Source: Phoronis australis (Eukaryota; Animalia; Phoronida). Taken from it: a stretch of DNA of 64,000 bases. The notes beneath the pieces were generated by a model, which worked only from the letters and a program-made list of their open reading frames with translations, was not told the origin of the DNA and did no database searches. How positions within the stretch are numbered: the first letter of the stretch is position 1; every line of letters begins with the position of its first letter. Positions 1-13,426 of this stretch are shown piece by piece. The position numbers were made by a program, and so were the translations under genes. The stretch is taken from NCBI GenBank assembly GCA_002633005.1, contig NMRA01000543.1, positions 224,976-288,975 of the forward strand. Reading direction: 5' to 3'.

Positions 1-1390
1 TATTTGGCTTGGGTCATTTCTATAACAGCATCGGGAAAAATTATGTGAAAAATCAGTATTGCAGTTCTAAAACATTGAAGACGACAACAAAACTGTACAA
101 GTAATCTCAGAAAATCCTATCCCAGCCTAATTATTTGAAAAAATATTCAGCTGTGATGAAAATACGCTCTTTGACTGACCACTGTAGCAACAGCTCACCC
201 AAGACTAGAACTCAAATCCAGTCTTGACCAGGCTTTAGATTTTTCAATATTGGCGCTTACCAACAGTTTCACTTTTTGCTCCCCCTCCCCTTACTGTCTG
301 CGACAACAAACAGCCTCAAGAAACAACAGGAGAGGTGACTGACCTGAAGCCACATTCCATGACATGAAGCCATATTTCAGTGACTTATAGGGTCAGTAGG
401 AGTAAATTCCAACCTTGTTTTGCAAGATTGGGAGGAGAAAGTATAAATTTTTGGTTGTCACATGAAGTTAAGACGTTAAAAGCCTCTTTGAACTACTTGC
501 CAGTGGACATTACGGTCTTTGGTCAGCCAGTCCAAATGCAAGAACCACAAGCCAAAGACCAGACTTGGATCAGGGTGTGTTTTTCCAACACAGCTAGTCT
601 ACTTAAAATAGAGACATAGTGCATTTCTTAAATAGACAAATGTTGTAAACTTCCTTGAGTCCAATTGTGATAATGATTGTTTTTTTTTAAATACAGTGAA
701 GGTATATTACTGTATTGACTCGGCCACACTGCTACAGTAGTATGGCAGAGGAGAACACATATTATCAATCATAAAAGTGAAATTGGAATCGCTAGAAACA
801 TGGCTTATTGTACTTTATCAACATTTATGTACAAGAACAGCATCAATCCATGCCATTATTATGAATGCTGATCTAAACTCCTTTTGTGAGAAGCAGAGCA
901 ATTACCACATCAGCAAGGACTTCAATAGTTTTTTGAAGCATGGCAGATAATTGTCCTGTGTAGCGGCGTGTGTGATACTACACAAAAGACTGCATGGAAT
1001 GCTTAACAATTCAGTGTTCTCCACAATACCAATTCCAAACTCGACGCAAATTTCTACAGTTCAATATCAGTAGTCAGCACTGTCTTTTCTCTATAGCATT
1101 AACATCAGAGATCAGGTTTAAGGCTGTATTTGAAAACCATTTTCTATCTGGTCTTGAGACTACATGTACCCTGAAAAGTCCTTGGCAACTGAAAGTGAAA
1201 CTAACCCACCATGAGTTCAAAAGTCTGGTCTAAACCAATAACAACAGTATTGGTTCTTCACAGACCTACATATCATTTCCAATCTCAGTAAAGAACAAAA
1301 TAATACCGATTGTATAACAGCTATAATGATCTAAGTCTAAATTAAATTTGTTTTTTACAGAAGCTGGGTGCAGGGGCACTACACGTATAT

Positions 1391-1868
1391 AATGGGCCCT
1401 GATTTAGTGAACCAGGCAATCAAGGAATAACGTTCATTATTTAGTGGACGAAACTGGTTCTCTGAATGAGGGTCCATTATTAGGCATTATATCAGATTAG
1501 TGCCGGTCCAGGTTTGTTGCTCCTTTAATGAAGCTGTTATATTGCTAAATAAAGTTCATACAAACTGCTGAACAGCTCAGTTGTAGCTAGTAAGGCTTGG
1601 AAGAGAAGTCGGGCTGTGGACTACAAACGTTTTCTGTGGCTGAGACATACAAAGGTTAAAGCAAAGTTTCAGTGTCAGAGAAGCCAGAAGGTGTCCGAGA
1701 TTTTGACCAACTTCTACTGACACTTAGATAGTAAATTGAAAACAGTTCTACCTGAACTGGTTTGATAAAGCGGTCCCTGATTTTGAGAACCAGTTTCATC
1801 CACTGAATAATGGACCCTTTAATTTATTCAGTGATTGCCTTGCTCTCAAAATCAAGGACCGCTTTATC
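1391..1868. repeat. Two copies (1391-1478, 1764-1868) of a ~80-100-bp hairpin repeat family
   Basis: GGTCCC..ATTTTGAGAACCAGTTT...CTCAAAAT...GGACC architecture; other copies at ~9645-9718, ~18040-18116, ~20108-20188. Confidence 0.6.
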
Positions 1869-2179
1869 CGACCAGTGCTGTTCCATCGTCTGAGTTGGCT
1901 CAGCAACTGGCTTCGTAAATTATTGACTTACCGTCGTCTGATAAAGATTGGCCGATGCTTGAAAATCTATTTTTCTTGGCCTCTTGAGTTAAATTATTAA
2001 CGTCAGTCATCGCGGCGTGTCCCTGATACACAAGGGAGATGTTTTAAACCTATACTGTTAAAAATTTACTCTTTCCAAGAGTAGCCCAATAAATAATACA
2101 GTGCACTTTATCCGTCCCTAGCTAGCTTGTGCACTGCTGTGTGTATGTCTCCAAGGAGATCACATGGACTAGCCGCGAA

Positions 2180-2187
2180 TGACGTCA
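2180..2187. promoter_or_regulatory. CRE palindrome TGACGTCA in RPF2 upstream/divergent promoter
   Basis: Perfect TGACGTCA ~400 nt upstream of RPF2 ATG. Confidence 0.3.
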
Positions 2188-2578
2188 GACAAGATCCCCC
2201 TTCCATTATTATAAATAACAAAAAATACAAATTTTGAATAATTTGGTACCTTATTTATACAAAAAATACTTAATAAATAATTAAAAGTAACTTTAATTTA
2301 TTGAAAATGATAAAATTATTGTTAGTGTATAACCCAATGAGGTATAGCCTCATCTACACATTTTAATGAAGTTTAACAATAATTGACTTTGGATAGTTCA
2401 CATTTTCACAAATATGACCAATAATATGTTTTTTCTGAAATTTCACTTAAATAGTCTTATTTTTCTTATTTCTTTAAAATAGACTAATAATTTTAGAATT
2501 GAGAGTGTAAACAAGACCTTGACCTTGGTGTAATAAAACGTGAAAGAGTGGAAAGAACACGAAGAGAAAGGTGCTAAA

Positions 2579-5500
2579 ATGGTTCTTCAGCGAATTGTGT
2601 AAGTGTATCCTCTGTTACGAACATGTTTATAATTTACTTATGAATATCACAGACACTTGAGAGTCTAAGTAATCCATCACCAGTTAAGCTGTTAACATGG
2701 TTAAGCTTTCCTTGTGTTGAAAATTTTATGGAGAATTACCCGAGCCGAGGCCGGGCTGTGTGAAATTTTAGTACCTGGCGGTATTTTGACGATAGTCTTC
2801 ATACAGCTAGCTGGCATAATTTCACATAGCCCGGGTAGTTCTGATCATCATCTCCCTGTGAAACTTATATCAACATGTAGACCAAATGACCAGCGGGGTT
2901 GCATGCATAATTTGGAGTCGACTCACATTGAGGACCTTCCTCAGTCAGACAGTAGGCAATGACCATTGCCTCTGTTGGCCCGAACCAGAGGCGATGCAGA
3001 GGCTATAGGCGCTCTGTACGCTGGAAGCTTTTCGGCGAATTATGCCTCGCACCGACTAAACAATCAAAGTCACGTTGTTATAAATACCTTTTGCGCATAG
3101 AGAAACACCTTAGGAGGTTGTCGATGTGTTTAATTCCTTCCAACTCGAACAAATACTCCCGTTATGAAACCTTTTCTTCGAGCAGTCCCTATTTCAGTTC
3201 CCAAAATCGTGAAATCAACATTTTCGTTTTTTTAACCAGGCCGAAGGTCAGAATTTGCAGACCTACCGGCGAACTTTGAAAGCTGAAGTTCCCGCCCTTC
3301 GCGTACGTGCTGCCGGGAACCAGCCGTGCATTTGCCGTGTTGTTAAACATTAAAATGTCAAATATGTGCACAAAGACTATTAAATGTCATATCAACAGCA
3401 TTTATTTTTATCAAATACAAACAATAATTCATTGAAATACAATCAGTTTCAAGTAACGCCAATTAAAGACAAGTATAAGTGGTGGCATTTTGGAAACGAA
3501 CATTTGACTGACAAGACCGCAATGGCTCACCTTTGGCCTATTTAAAGATTGAGGTCATGAAGTCACATCACCTAGCGAGCGCGGTAAAAATTGGAATGTG
3601 TGCAGTATAAAAATGGTGAGTTCACGATTTTGGGAACTGAAATAGGGACTGCTCGAAGAAAAAGTTTGATAATGGGAGTATTTGTTCGAGTTGGAAGGAA
3701 TTAAACACATCGACAACCTCCTCAGGTGTTTCTCTATGCGCAAAAGGTATTTATAACAACGTAACTTTGATGGTTTAGTCGGTGCGAGGCATAATTCGCC
3801 GAAAAGCTTCCGGCGTACAGAGCGCCTATAGCCTCTGCATCGCCTCTGGTTCGGGCCAACAGAGGCGATGGTCATTGCCTACTTCCTCAGCTGCTTAAAG
3901 TTAAGGCTTAAGTGAAAACAATCTAATAAATGTCATTTTCGCGTGTAATTCTCTGTAGTTGTTTTGAAAACAGTTTGCTCGTGACATGCACATGCGCCAT
4001 TTTCTAAACTTTTGCTACATGACTCAGGAGATGATGACAGCTTTTCAGAAGCAAAATTCGTCCTAAAATTTGGTTTGCCGATATTAAAACACTAAAAACT
4101 TGCAATGAAATGAAACCAGTTCCGATAATGTGTAGTGACATGTACGCAACCCCATGGAAGAGGAACAATTGATTGAAAAATTGACAAAAAAAGAAACTGG
4201 CCAATAGTTGACACAGTATTTCATGGTGCTGCAAAAGATCGCTCCACAACGTTAACAGCAAAATAACGTCATAATGCCAATTTTTCCAACACCAGTATAA
4301 AAATTCCATTTACTCAAGGAAGAGTGCAGTTTTTAGTGACACTAATTTGAGGTCCGATTTTATTTGGTCAGTTTTTTACTCATATCTGCACACAGCTGTG
4401 CACTTAGTATACAACTGTGCACTTAGGCTAAATCTAAGACTGAGATTACTGATCAGCTGCCGTGATTTTGCTGGTAGATTGCTAATCCTTCTGAGTAACT
4501 TGTCATTGTGAAAGTTATTGCTGGGAGTAAGCGAAAATTACTATGGTTGGTTGGTTGGTACACTGTGCAACCGTCGACTGGCCGCAGCAGAGAAGGTTTC
4601 CATCTCATAAGCCCTCTACACGTCGGAAGCGTTTTGGGGAATTAAGCCTCACACTGATTAAACCATTTGCTGCTATAAGTGCCTTTTGCTCATAGACGGA
4701 CACCTTAGGAGGCTGTTAGTGTCTTTAACTTCTTCCCAGCTTGAACAAGTACTTCCACAATCAAACCTTTTTCGAGCATTACTTTGGTCACTTGCCCAAA
4801 TTGGCAACTTGTCATATATGCATTGCTCGCGCTACGTGATACGACATGATATCGCCTTTTAATTGGTTGAAGGGGAGGGGGAGTGAAGTACAGGCCCTTC
4901 CACCACATACTTACAAGCTCTTTATTATTCTTACTACTTGTGGATGCTGAAAAGCGATCAAGATTCCCCTCATTCTAAAGCGGCAATGAACGTGCCTTCC
5001 TGCACAAAAACAACTTCGGTTTAAACCTGTACTTACTGTTGTGAAATTGGCTTCAAATCTTATCTTCAGTTTTTTAAAAGGGGTTCTACACAGTTTTAAT
5101 TTATTGTTTTTTAATCTTTGTATGAATAATAGGTCTGTGGTGCAGTGTTTGTTGTCTCACAAATTTTCTAAAATTTGTTAACTAGAGAATTACTATCCAT
5201 TTGGTGGAATCACTTGTTTGTGTTTGATAAGAATATTTTGGAAATGACAGTTGGCTAGTCTGCCATTTTGCATGCTAACTGTACTTTGTATTGGTTGCAG
5301 CAAAGCTAAGAATCAGAGAGTGAAGCGTGCCCTTGAAAAGAAAGAGCCTAAACTGTTTGAGAATGACAAGGTAGCCCTGTTCGTCAAAGGTGGTCACACC
5401 AGCGAGAGAGTGACCAGCGCCCTGAAGGAGTTGTATCTGCTCAAGAAGCCTAATGCCACCATGTTTAAGAAGAAGAATATTATGCGTCCATTTGACGACC

Positions 5501-8500
5501 AGAGTTCACTGGTGAGTCTTTCTAAACAAGACCTGCATATCATTGTCATCTTTGTCTGGCAGCCGGATGGCTTGCTATCTGACGTGTGTTTACAGCCATA
5601 TCTTCTAAACTCTGCACGAACTTCATAAATTTAGCCTGGTGTGTTACCACAGAGGTGATGATGGAAGACAAATCTGACCATTGCCATGCCTCCAGTAGAA
5701 ATTTAATGTTTTTACGTTTGTCTCGTTATCCATTGGTGAATTTTCACTAAATTTATCATTTTGTAGAGCACTTGTATGAATTTGTTTGTTTTGTCTTTTG
5801 TTGCACATGCTCTTGTTGAGTGTGTGTTTGTCACAGTGTTCTGTGCAGCAGAAAGTTCAAATTAGACTGGATTAACAGAATTCATGAACTTTTTCGAAAG
5901 TCCATATCCATACTGCGAGGAGTTACTGTGTTAAGTCTTAAAATAAATGTATTGAGCTGGTACCAAAAGTCCAAAATGTCCTAATTTGCTCTAGAAATAA
6001 GCTAATCTCTCAATACTTTCAAATTCATTGCATAGGTCAGTGTTTTCAAACTTGACTCCAGTAAGCCAAACTCGTTGTGACAAAATTCATACTCGATATA
6101 GTGACAAGTCATAACAGGTTGTGGAGAACACTCGCTCAGTTGTTCGTCAACATGGCTTCCACCTGCCAGATGTTTTAATCAGTATACACGGGCAATGCCA
6201 TCTTCATGACTAAGTAGATAGTTGAATGTCAATGAAAACTGTTGTTCCAGCATCTTTTACTGAAGCCTTCATACTACCTCTTATCATTGAAACGTGAGCC
6301 CTTCGCACCAAGCTAGTTTCTTTCAATGCAGTTGACAATTGTGAATGTCAGTATTATAGAATGCATTAAAAAGTTCAAGATATTAAAATTCAGAAACTAA
6401 ATGTATAACTTAAACATGGTATTTCCAAAAAATTGGAATACAGTCACCTTTCTATTGTCTCATGATATTTATCTAAGCTTGAATTAATTTTCTAACTTTC
6501 AGGAATTTTTCTCACAGAAAGCTGACAGCTCTCTGTTTTTGTTTGGTTCCCATTCAAAAAAGAGACCCCACAACCTTGTGTTAGGTAAGTTGATAGTCAT
6601 GTATGCTATGTCTCGCCAGTTCTGGACAAAAATGACTGCTCATAAAATTTGTCCTGTTTCATTTTTCAAAGACTTCTGACGTTATTGTGAATGCCCAGTT
6701 TCTCAAAACGTTGTTTGACGTTACTAGTTTGCTTGAAAAAGAACGTAAAATTGCAAAGCACCTTATGTTTTGTGCTAAGCAGGTGAGATTTTTCTCTACC
6801 TTATTCAGGGATGTAGGTACCTTATACACATGTTGTGTGTTCTATACATTTAAGTAGAATGGCAGCATTTTCATCTGATTAAACAAATGCTGTATATTCA
6901 ATCCAGAATGCCCAACACAAATGTCATACACACAAATGGCCTCATTTTCGGCACCCTGCTAAAGTGTAGCTGCATACCTGTCAAAAGGTCTCTTCACTCC
7001 CCTGTCTCTGATTAGATAAAGTAAGTCCTTCACAACCCATCACGCCCATTTTTTGCCAGTTACTAACTATAACAGTTGATAAGAGTCTTTTCAACTCCCC
7101 TGGATAGAACGCTATAGCTGTTTAGGTGACGTCAGAATTAGTTACCATGAACTCCGCATTCCAGGCAATTCTTGTTATGTCCCATAGTACAAACAGGTCA
7201 CGTTAAAGGCAATAAATTCATGTATTTGAGACCAGACCCAAAACAGGATTGGAACTCACGATCTCAGCTGTCACTAGTAGAGGTGAAAGCCAACGTGGCA
7301 AGTAACTAAATATTACAAGCGTATTTAACTTTTGAAGTCATTGGCCATGATTTCAGTTAATTCTACTAGAAGCTGGAAGCCACCATCCGTACTCCATCAT
7401 TTGTAAACAGTAATGCAATATCAAAAACAACGAGTTCAGTTGCTTTTTGGCTCTGGTCAATGCTAATAAGTTCAGGAAGTTCATCCAAAAATACCATTTT
7501 TGCCCTTAAACTGGAGTGTGCCTTTTAATTTGTGGATTATGGCTATTCATGTAATGTTTTGTCTCCATATTTTAAGGTTGTTGGTTCCTCATTGACTTTG
7601 TAATTGTAGGTCGAATGTTCAATCATCAAATATTGGACATGGTGGAGCTAGGAATAGACAGGTACACATCGATGCAGGAATTTGAAGTAAGTTTTCATTC
7701 TTTCATGTTTGGGAACAATATGAGAACCTTATTTCTTATTGAATGATTCTTGTCTTCGCAAATTTAGTAGTTTCCATGCAATTTTTCGACTCTCCCTTTA
7801 ATTAGACTTGTTTTTATATTTTTATATTTTGCACTTTCGATTTTTTCACAAAACTGCTGGTAGTTTCTGTTGTCTTCTGATAATTTACTCATAGAATTGA
7901 TGTATTATTCAAAGTTAAAAAAGATATGTTACAGAGTACGTGGCGAGTCAGCATTCTCCAAAAAGAAGTGTAAACTCTACTGGAATTGCAAAATTCATGT
8001 TCGAAAGTCCATGTCAATACTTTGGGGAGTTGAAATGAATTCACTACAGTGTTCTCCACAACAGAAACTTCCAGTTTGACTGGAATTACAACATTCATGT
8101 CCATACTGTGCAGAGTTTGTGTGTTAAGTGTTGGAATAATGCATAGGACTGGTACCAAAAGGCCAAAATGTCCTTATCTCCCAAAACTGAGAACTCGTTG
8201 CATCGGTTTTCAAACTCGACGCAAGGAAGCTAGACATGTCATGGCAAAATTCAAACTTGACGGAGTGATGAGTCAAGACAGATCGTGGAGAAAACTGCGC
8301 TGAAGTACCAAAGGTCCAAAATACCCAAATTTACTTATCACCCAAGACTTCAAACTGGCTGCATAGGTTTTCAAGCCCGACACATGTAAGTCAAACTTGC
8401 CACCACAAAATTCAAAGCTGACGCAATGGCAAGTTGTGGAGAGCACTGAAATACCATCTCCTTGTCATGATGGTGAATCCTGTCAGCATGGAAATCGACT

Positions 8501-11500
8501 GGTATTGGCTACGGTGGGGGCAAAATGTAAGGTACAGAAAGGCGTAGCCACCTTGCTAACCTAGCTCTTCATTCCCCTTCATTCTCCGTCATGAGGGAAG
8601 GGCACTCTGCCGATGGCTTCCACCCAGGTGTCATGACGGGGAATTATGGGTCATTTTCTCTGTGACTACTCTCGGTATGTACTGTAAACACAGTTTCACC
8701 ATGTTGTTTAAATGGTTTGTATTGCAGTCATTTCTTGTTGTAGAGTGTTAAGTGTTCTTTGGGAACCAAGCCATGTCTAGTGTTTTCTGGAGAACCCTTC
8801 GACACGGACCATGAATACAGAAGACTTAAGAATATGCTAATCGGTGAGTTGGCTGTAGAGTTTGTTAACTGAATGGTCTTTGCTAATGGACAAACACTGA
8901 TAATTTATACTGCATTCACTCAAGTTAAATCGCAGGGCATAGAGATGTGCCTTTGTGTCATGCGTCGAGATTATTAAAACTTTCCAATTGATGCATATTA
9001 CCGCAAAATTCTATCATCAGGAGTCAAAAAATCAATGCTATTTTTCAATGCCTGAGCTTATAACGAATTTTAGAAGTAGGCGACAATGGCTGTCACTAAG
9101 TAAAGAATTATTATCAATGTCAAACGATCATTCACCTTGATGTTGCACACTTAGTGGACGCATGAAACCGTTGAGTCGCTGGGTGTCAGCTTTTTTCAAT
9201 CATATGATCTGCCGTGTCTAATTTCTGACTCTGTTGATTCAAAGCGTGCTTATATTTGAAAAGTATGATTCATTCACCTAAATCTCCCTTCACCCAGGTT
9301 TCAGAACCAAGAAATTTCAATTTCGGCTAGAATTTCTGCGCCCCAAATTTTAGAAATCGTTTCAAATGAGAGAATTTTTACTGTGTATGCAGAGGCCTAG
9401 GAAAGCAGCAACTAATGTTGAAAGTATTTATCCAAGATGACCAGGGATTCTGGGGTCATCATTATAAATGGTTGCATTACCCTTTAGCACATAAGGTGTT
9501 ACATTTGTGTAACTTGAGTTCACCCAATGAACAGATTGAATATCTGTAGTGATTCTTAATATTTTTAAATTTTTTTCACGGCTATAAATATATAGTCTTG
9601 GAAATACTGCTATGAGTACACTCTTTATGAACAATTACAGTCACTTACAGGGGTCCAGGATTTTAAGAACTTGTTATTCAATGAGGAAAACTGGTTCTTT
9701 AAATTCAGGACCCTTGTATAAAAACTAAGTGATTTTTAGTGTTTATGTTAATACCTGGATGTGTGCTTAGAAAATGTTTAAGCAGACTTGCCAAATGTAA
9801 TCAGATGAAGTGACCCAGAATTCTGTCATCATGTTTGGGCGTAAATAGAAATGGCTCTGTATACTTGAAAGTATGCTGCTATAACAAGTCTGCCAGTCGT
9901 TTGTGCTTAAAGCAGCACAAACAGTCATGAGTGGCAATCAGCAGTTTATCGATTACTTTGACACATGAAAAAGCTCTGTGACCAATTCTCCAGTCTCATT
10001 TTCCTTTGTAGATTTCTTCCGTGGTCCGGTTGTGGAGAATATCCGACTGGCTGGTCTAGAGCACGTTCTTACATTCACAGCCATAGATGGGAAAGTCTTA
10101 CTTCGCAGCTACAGGTGAATATTCAACACCTAAAACGTTTCTTTGTCACATCTTGGCCTTGCATCAGTCAAAGTAGAATTTCTGACGTTTTCCAAAAAAT
10201 TAGTTCTTTTCAGTTCACAAGCATGGACTTCTGCAGCCAAAGCTTAATCGCAGGCATTAATCAATGGAAATGCAGTGTTACTTTCAATGTTTTTACTTAT
10301 TAAACTAATACACATAATCACCTCCTGAAGTACTGCAGCGTCCTCTATGATTTTGCAGTATTTACCCACAATGCTTTGCTTCCATGGGGCATTTGTCTCA
10401 CAGTTGAACACTGTTGCCCTGCTAATAAATATTTTAGAATGTCTTCGAATTTGTCATTTTGATGTAAATAAAGTTTTTCTGTTGCATAGTGAGTTGCGCT
10501 GCAGACATACAAATTTTGAAAAGCTGAATGAGGTGCAAAAAATGTTCTTCACTTGCCCGACTTGGCTTTAAAGTGCATTTTGAAAACCAGTTGGTATTTT
10601 CATCTGAGAGATGGCCCTACAAATTGCGAGTTAATTTTGCTAATTGTTATCTCAACTCTCACGTTCTCATACAACTTTAGGCACCAGCTATTTTGAAATT
10701 GGCACGAATGGCGAAAACGGTAGCAGTCAGTTTAAGTCGAGCAGTTGTGATATCCACAAAGAGGTCATTTTTACCTGCACTTAAGTTTGTCACCTCCCGT
10801 ATCATTTTTAAAGCAGGAATGAGTGTTAACATGTTCTCTCTCTGCAATTTATTCATTAATGCAACCATTCCTTGTACATAGTTTTGTGGTTTGGCAACCA
10901 CAGCAAAATGACTATTACTCATTCATGTTACTTGTTTTCACTGCTAGCCAAATTGCTTTGGTTTTAGCCTCTATGTGACAAAAGCCATAAGTTTCACCTA
11001 ATTTTATTCACCTCTGTCAGTTCATTCAAGTAGTTGTTCAATCCTTACTTTTGTCAGACTACAGATGAAGAAGTCAGGCAGTAGGACACCTCGCATTGAA
11101 CTAGAAGAGATGGGACCGTCGCTGGATCTCAGTGTACGCAGGACACGGATGGCATCTGATGATCTATATAAACGAGCGTGCAAAGTTCCTAAAGCAGCCA
11201 AGGTGTGTATCAGAAATAAATTATTGCGGGAGACTGCAATAGAATACGGGTATAATTCTTATTTCTTAATTATAGTTTATTAAGCACCCATAAACAACTA
11301 CTGTGTACTTCAATAAGTAAGCACAGCCTTTATGGGTCTTCCCGTGGCAATGTCTAATGAGAGACAGAGTTCGGGACCATTACACTGTGCATATTGTCTT
11401 GTTATGTGATGTTTATACGAAGCCTGTAATATTGACTATTTGTGCTCTCCTCACTGCCATGAGCCTGGGTCATCTTACATCAACTGGTGCCCGAAGCGCG

Positions 11501-12074
11501 ATCAGTCTGCCGCCAGAGCAAATGTCTATCAAGGCTATTAAAAATAAATAGAACGTCATACTTCACAAAACTTATCTCAGGGGAAATTTGTTGCCCAGAT
11601 ACTGATTTCAAGTATCCAATTCATGTAGTTGTAGTGTTTTTACTCTTTAAAATTATCAAAAAAAAGGGTCAGAAGTGTCAGTTTTTGATTTTCTCAGATT
11701 TTTTTGCTTTACTGAACATGGATTTAATATTTGACATAATTAGACATAAAAATTCATTTATCCAACAATACGTTCACATTAGGTTGACTAATAACCTATA
11801 AGTAATCTGGTTTCTGTAAACTTTTTTCCGAATCCAGTGATTGTACTGGTTTAATTTTGAAAAGAACCTTACGTGCTTCTATTTATTGTAGATTGGTAAA
11901 AAGAAGAACATATCTATGGATGCGTTTGGCACAAAACACGGGAGAATACATATGCAGAAACAAGATCTTGGTAAACTACAAACTAGAAAGATGAAGGGAC
12001 TGAAAAGACTGAACAAAAAAGCTGGTGAAATTGGCAACAAGACCAACAAGCAGCCACAAGCTGAGACTGAATAG
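2579..12074 (+). CDS. RPF2: Ribosome production factor 2 homolog (Brix domain); join(2579-2598,5301-5511,6503-6584,7610-7686,8744-8843,10012-10114,11058-11202,11892-12074), 306 aa
   Basis: All introns GT-AG with matching phases; spliced protein [28 protein letters not shown]...[52 protein letters not shown]...[19 protein letters not shown]...[21 protein letters not shown]...[22 protein letters not shown] closely follows the RPF2 family as I recall it. Confidence 0.96.
2953..3881. mobile_element. Non-autonomous foldback/MULE-like element with ~270-bp terminal inverted repeats (RPF2 intron 1)
   Basis: TAGGCAATGACC... at 2953 mirrored by ...GGTCATTGCCTA at 3881; arms ~2953-3225 and ~3610-3881; 9-mer CTTCCTCAG at 3882-3890 and 2936-2944. 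Confidence 0.85.
4605..4805 (+). mobile_element. Degenerate copy of the foldback element arm
   Basis: Collinear similarity to 3000-3210 (GAAGC.TTT.GG.GAATTA.GCCTC.CAC.GA.TAAAC...CCTTTTGC.CATAGA...CACCTTAGGAGG...AAACCTTTT..TCGAGCA). Confidence 0.6.
8149..8449 (+). repeat. Two tandem ~150-bp copies of an interspersed repeat also at 5957-6135
   Basis: Shared GTACCAAAAG.CCAAAAT...GCATAGGTTTTCAA...CAAAATTCAAA...GTGGAGA.CACT; related fragments at ~1013-1050 and ~8047. Confidence 0.6.
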
Positions 12075-12433
12075 ACGTCCAACCTTTGGATGAAACCATA
12101 ACATTTTAGCGGTTGGCTTTACATCTCCTGAAATTAGTGATATATGGATGTAATCCATGTACTTGTTACGATTCGCAAATGGTGGTGGATTGACAGCTTT
12201 TATGTTTGACTGACACCTGTCTGATAAATGTAACATTACTGCGCAGTAAGTTTGACTCTGAGTGAATTCGGTGTTATAAAATGTAAGTTGTAACGAAAAC
12301 GACTTACCATCAATGAATGCTGTTCTTGAAAACAATACGACAAATAAAACATTAAAAACTTGGATTTTGATTTTATGTACTCATTAATTACCGAGACACT
12401 AAATCTAATCTTTTGTTGCACAATCTTGTCTTT

Positions 12434-13426
12434 TTATCTTAGCAGTAAATATTTTAAGTGGAGATAATCCTTCAAAACATTTGGCAGGGGCAGTTTCTCA
12501 GTAAGGCAACATATTGTTATTCCCCTAGATTTTTTTAGTAAGATCTGACGGATCTTCAAGGAGCAAGAGTCTTTTAAACTCCTTGGAATTTTTGAAAGAT
12601 TCGCCAACCAATGAAATGTCTCTTCATCGTCGACCTTTCGCGTACCTCTCATCTCGGTAGGGTGACTCAAATATCGGACACTGACGGGTACCTGTGCTCC
12701 TGCGGCTGTAAGTTGCTCAACAATGTCTCTGTTTGCACCTTGGTCTATGGCTAGAGTTATAGGACACATTGAAGATGAATTGAGTTGGTGAGTTGGATCA
12801 GCACCATGTTGCAACAACACCGTCATCGCTTGTTTGGCCCCAGAATTGGTGGCGAGACAGAGTGGGCTGGCACCATCCATTTGTACAACGTCAAGCTTGG
12901 CTCTGTAGCGAATCAACAAACGAACTATTTTGTGGTGCCCATGAATGGAAGCCACATGAAGAGGGGTGATGCCATGGTGATCTGATTGGTTGACGTTGCA
13001 TGTTTTTGATGCGAGAATCGTCTCCACGATATCGTAGTTTCCTGAATCGACCGCGTGCCACAAAGCTGTACAGCCAAGTTCATCTTGCAGTGAGAGATTG
13101 GCTCCTCCCTTTACGAGTGCTTTAACAATTTCGAGATCACCGCAGCATATTGCGCGAAACAGATTGCTTTTATCCAGACACGCTAGTGATTGTTGATGAC
13201 TGAAAGGTCTCAGCGCACTACCAACTTTATTAACATCACAATGCTTGTGTACCAGATATTTGACTATGTTTGTCCTACGTTCATCAACAGCCAGTTGAAG
13301 AAGGGTTCTATTGTCATTGAAAACATGATCAACAGTGACATTGTGGAGATCAAGACACTTGTCTAGAGCTGTGGTGTCTTCATTTAAGATGGCCGCAGTC
13401 AGCTCTGTCTCCATCCTCCAAGACAT
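12434..13426 (-). CDS. Ankyrin repeat and SOCS box protein (ASB family), 330 aa, uninterrupted CDS
   Basis: About 6-7 ankyrin repeats (GCTALWHAV, GITPLHVASIHGH, GASPLCLAT) and C-terminal SOCS box (PRSLKDSCSLKIRQIL...KLPLPNVLKDYL). Specific ASB orthologue not assignable. Confidence 0.9.
   Translation of the reverse strand: MSWRMETELTAAILNEDTTALDKCLDLHNVTVDHVFNDNRTLLQLAVDERRTNIVKYLVHKHCDVNKVGSALRPFSHQQSLACLDKSNLFRAICCGDLEIVKALVKGGANLSLQDELGCTALWHAVDSGNYDIVETILASKTCNVNQSDHHGITPLHVASIHGHHKIVRLLIRYRAKLDVVQMDGASPLCLATNSGAKQAMTVLLQHGADPTHQLNSSSMCPITLAIDQGANRDIVEQLTAAGAQVPVSVRYLSHPTEMRGTRKVDDEETFHWLANLSKIPRSLKDSCSLKIRQILLKKSRGITICCLTEKLPLPNVLKDYLHLKYLLLR

Noticed and set aside
2959-3875. Two near-identical 106-aa ORFs on opposite strands ([12 protein letters not shown]...)
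   Set aside because: They are the two arms of the inverted-repeat element; no recognisable domain.
5654-5680. C/D-box-like TGATGA...CTGA in RPF2 intron 2 (snoRNA candidate)
   Set aside because: Only ~26 nt between terminal stems, too short for a guide snoRNA; no recognisable rRNA complement.
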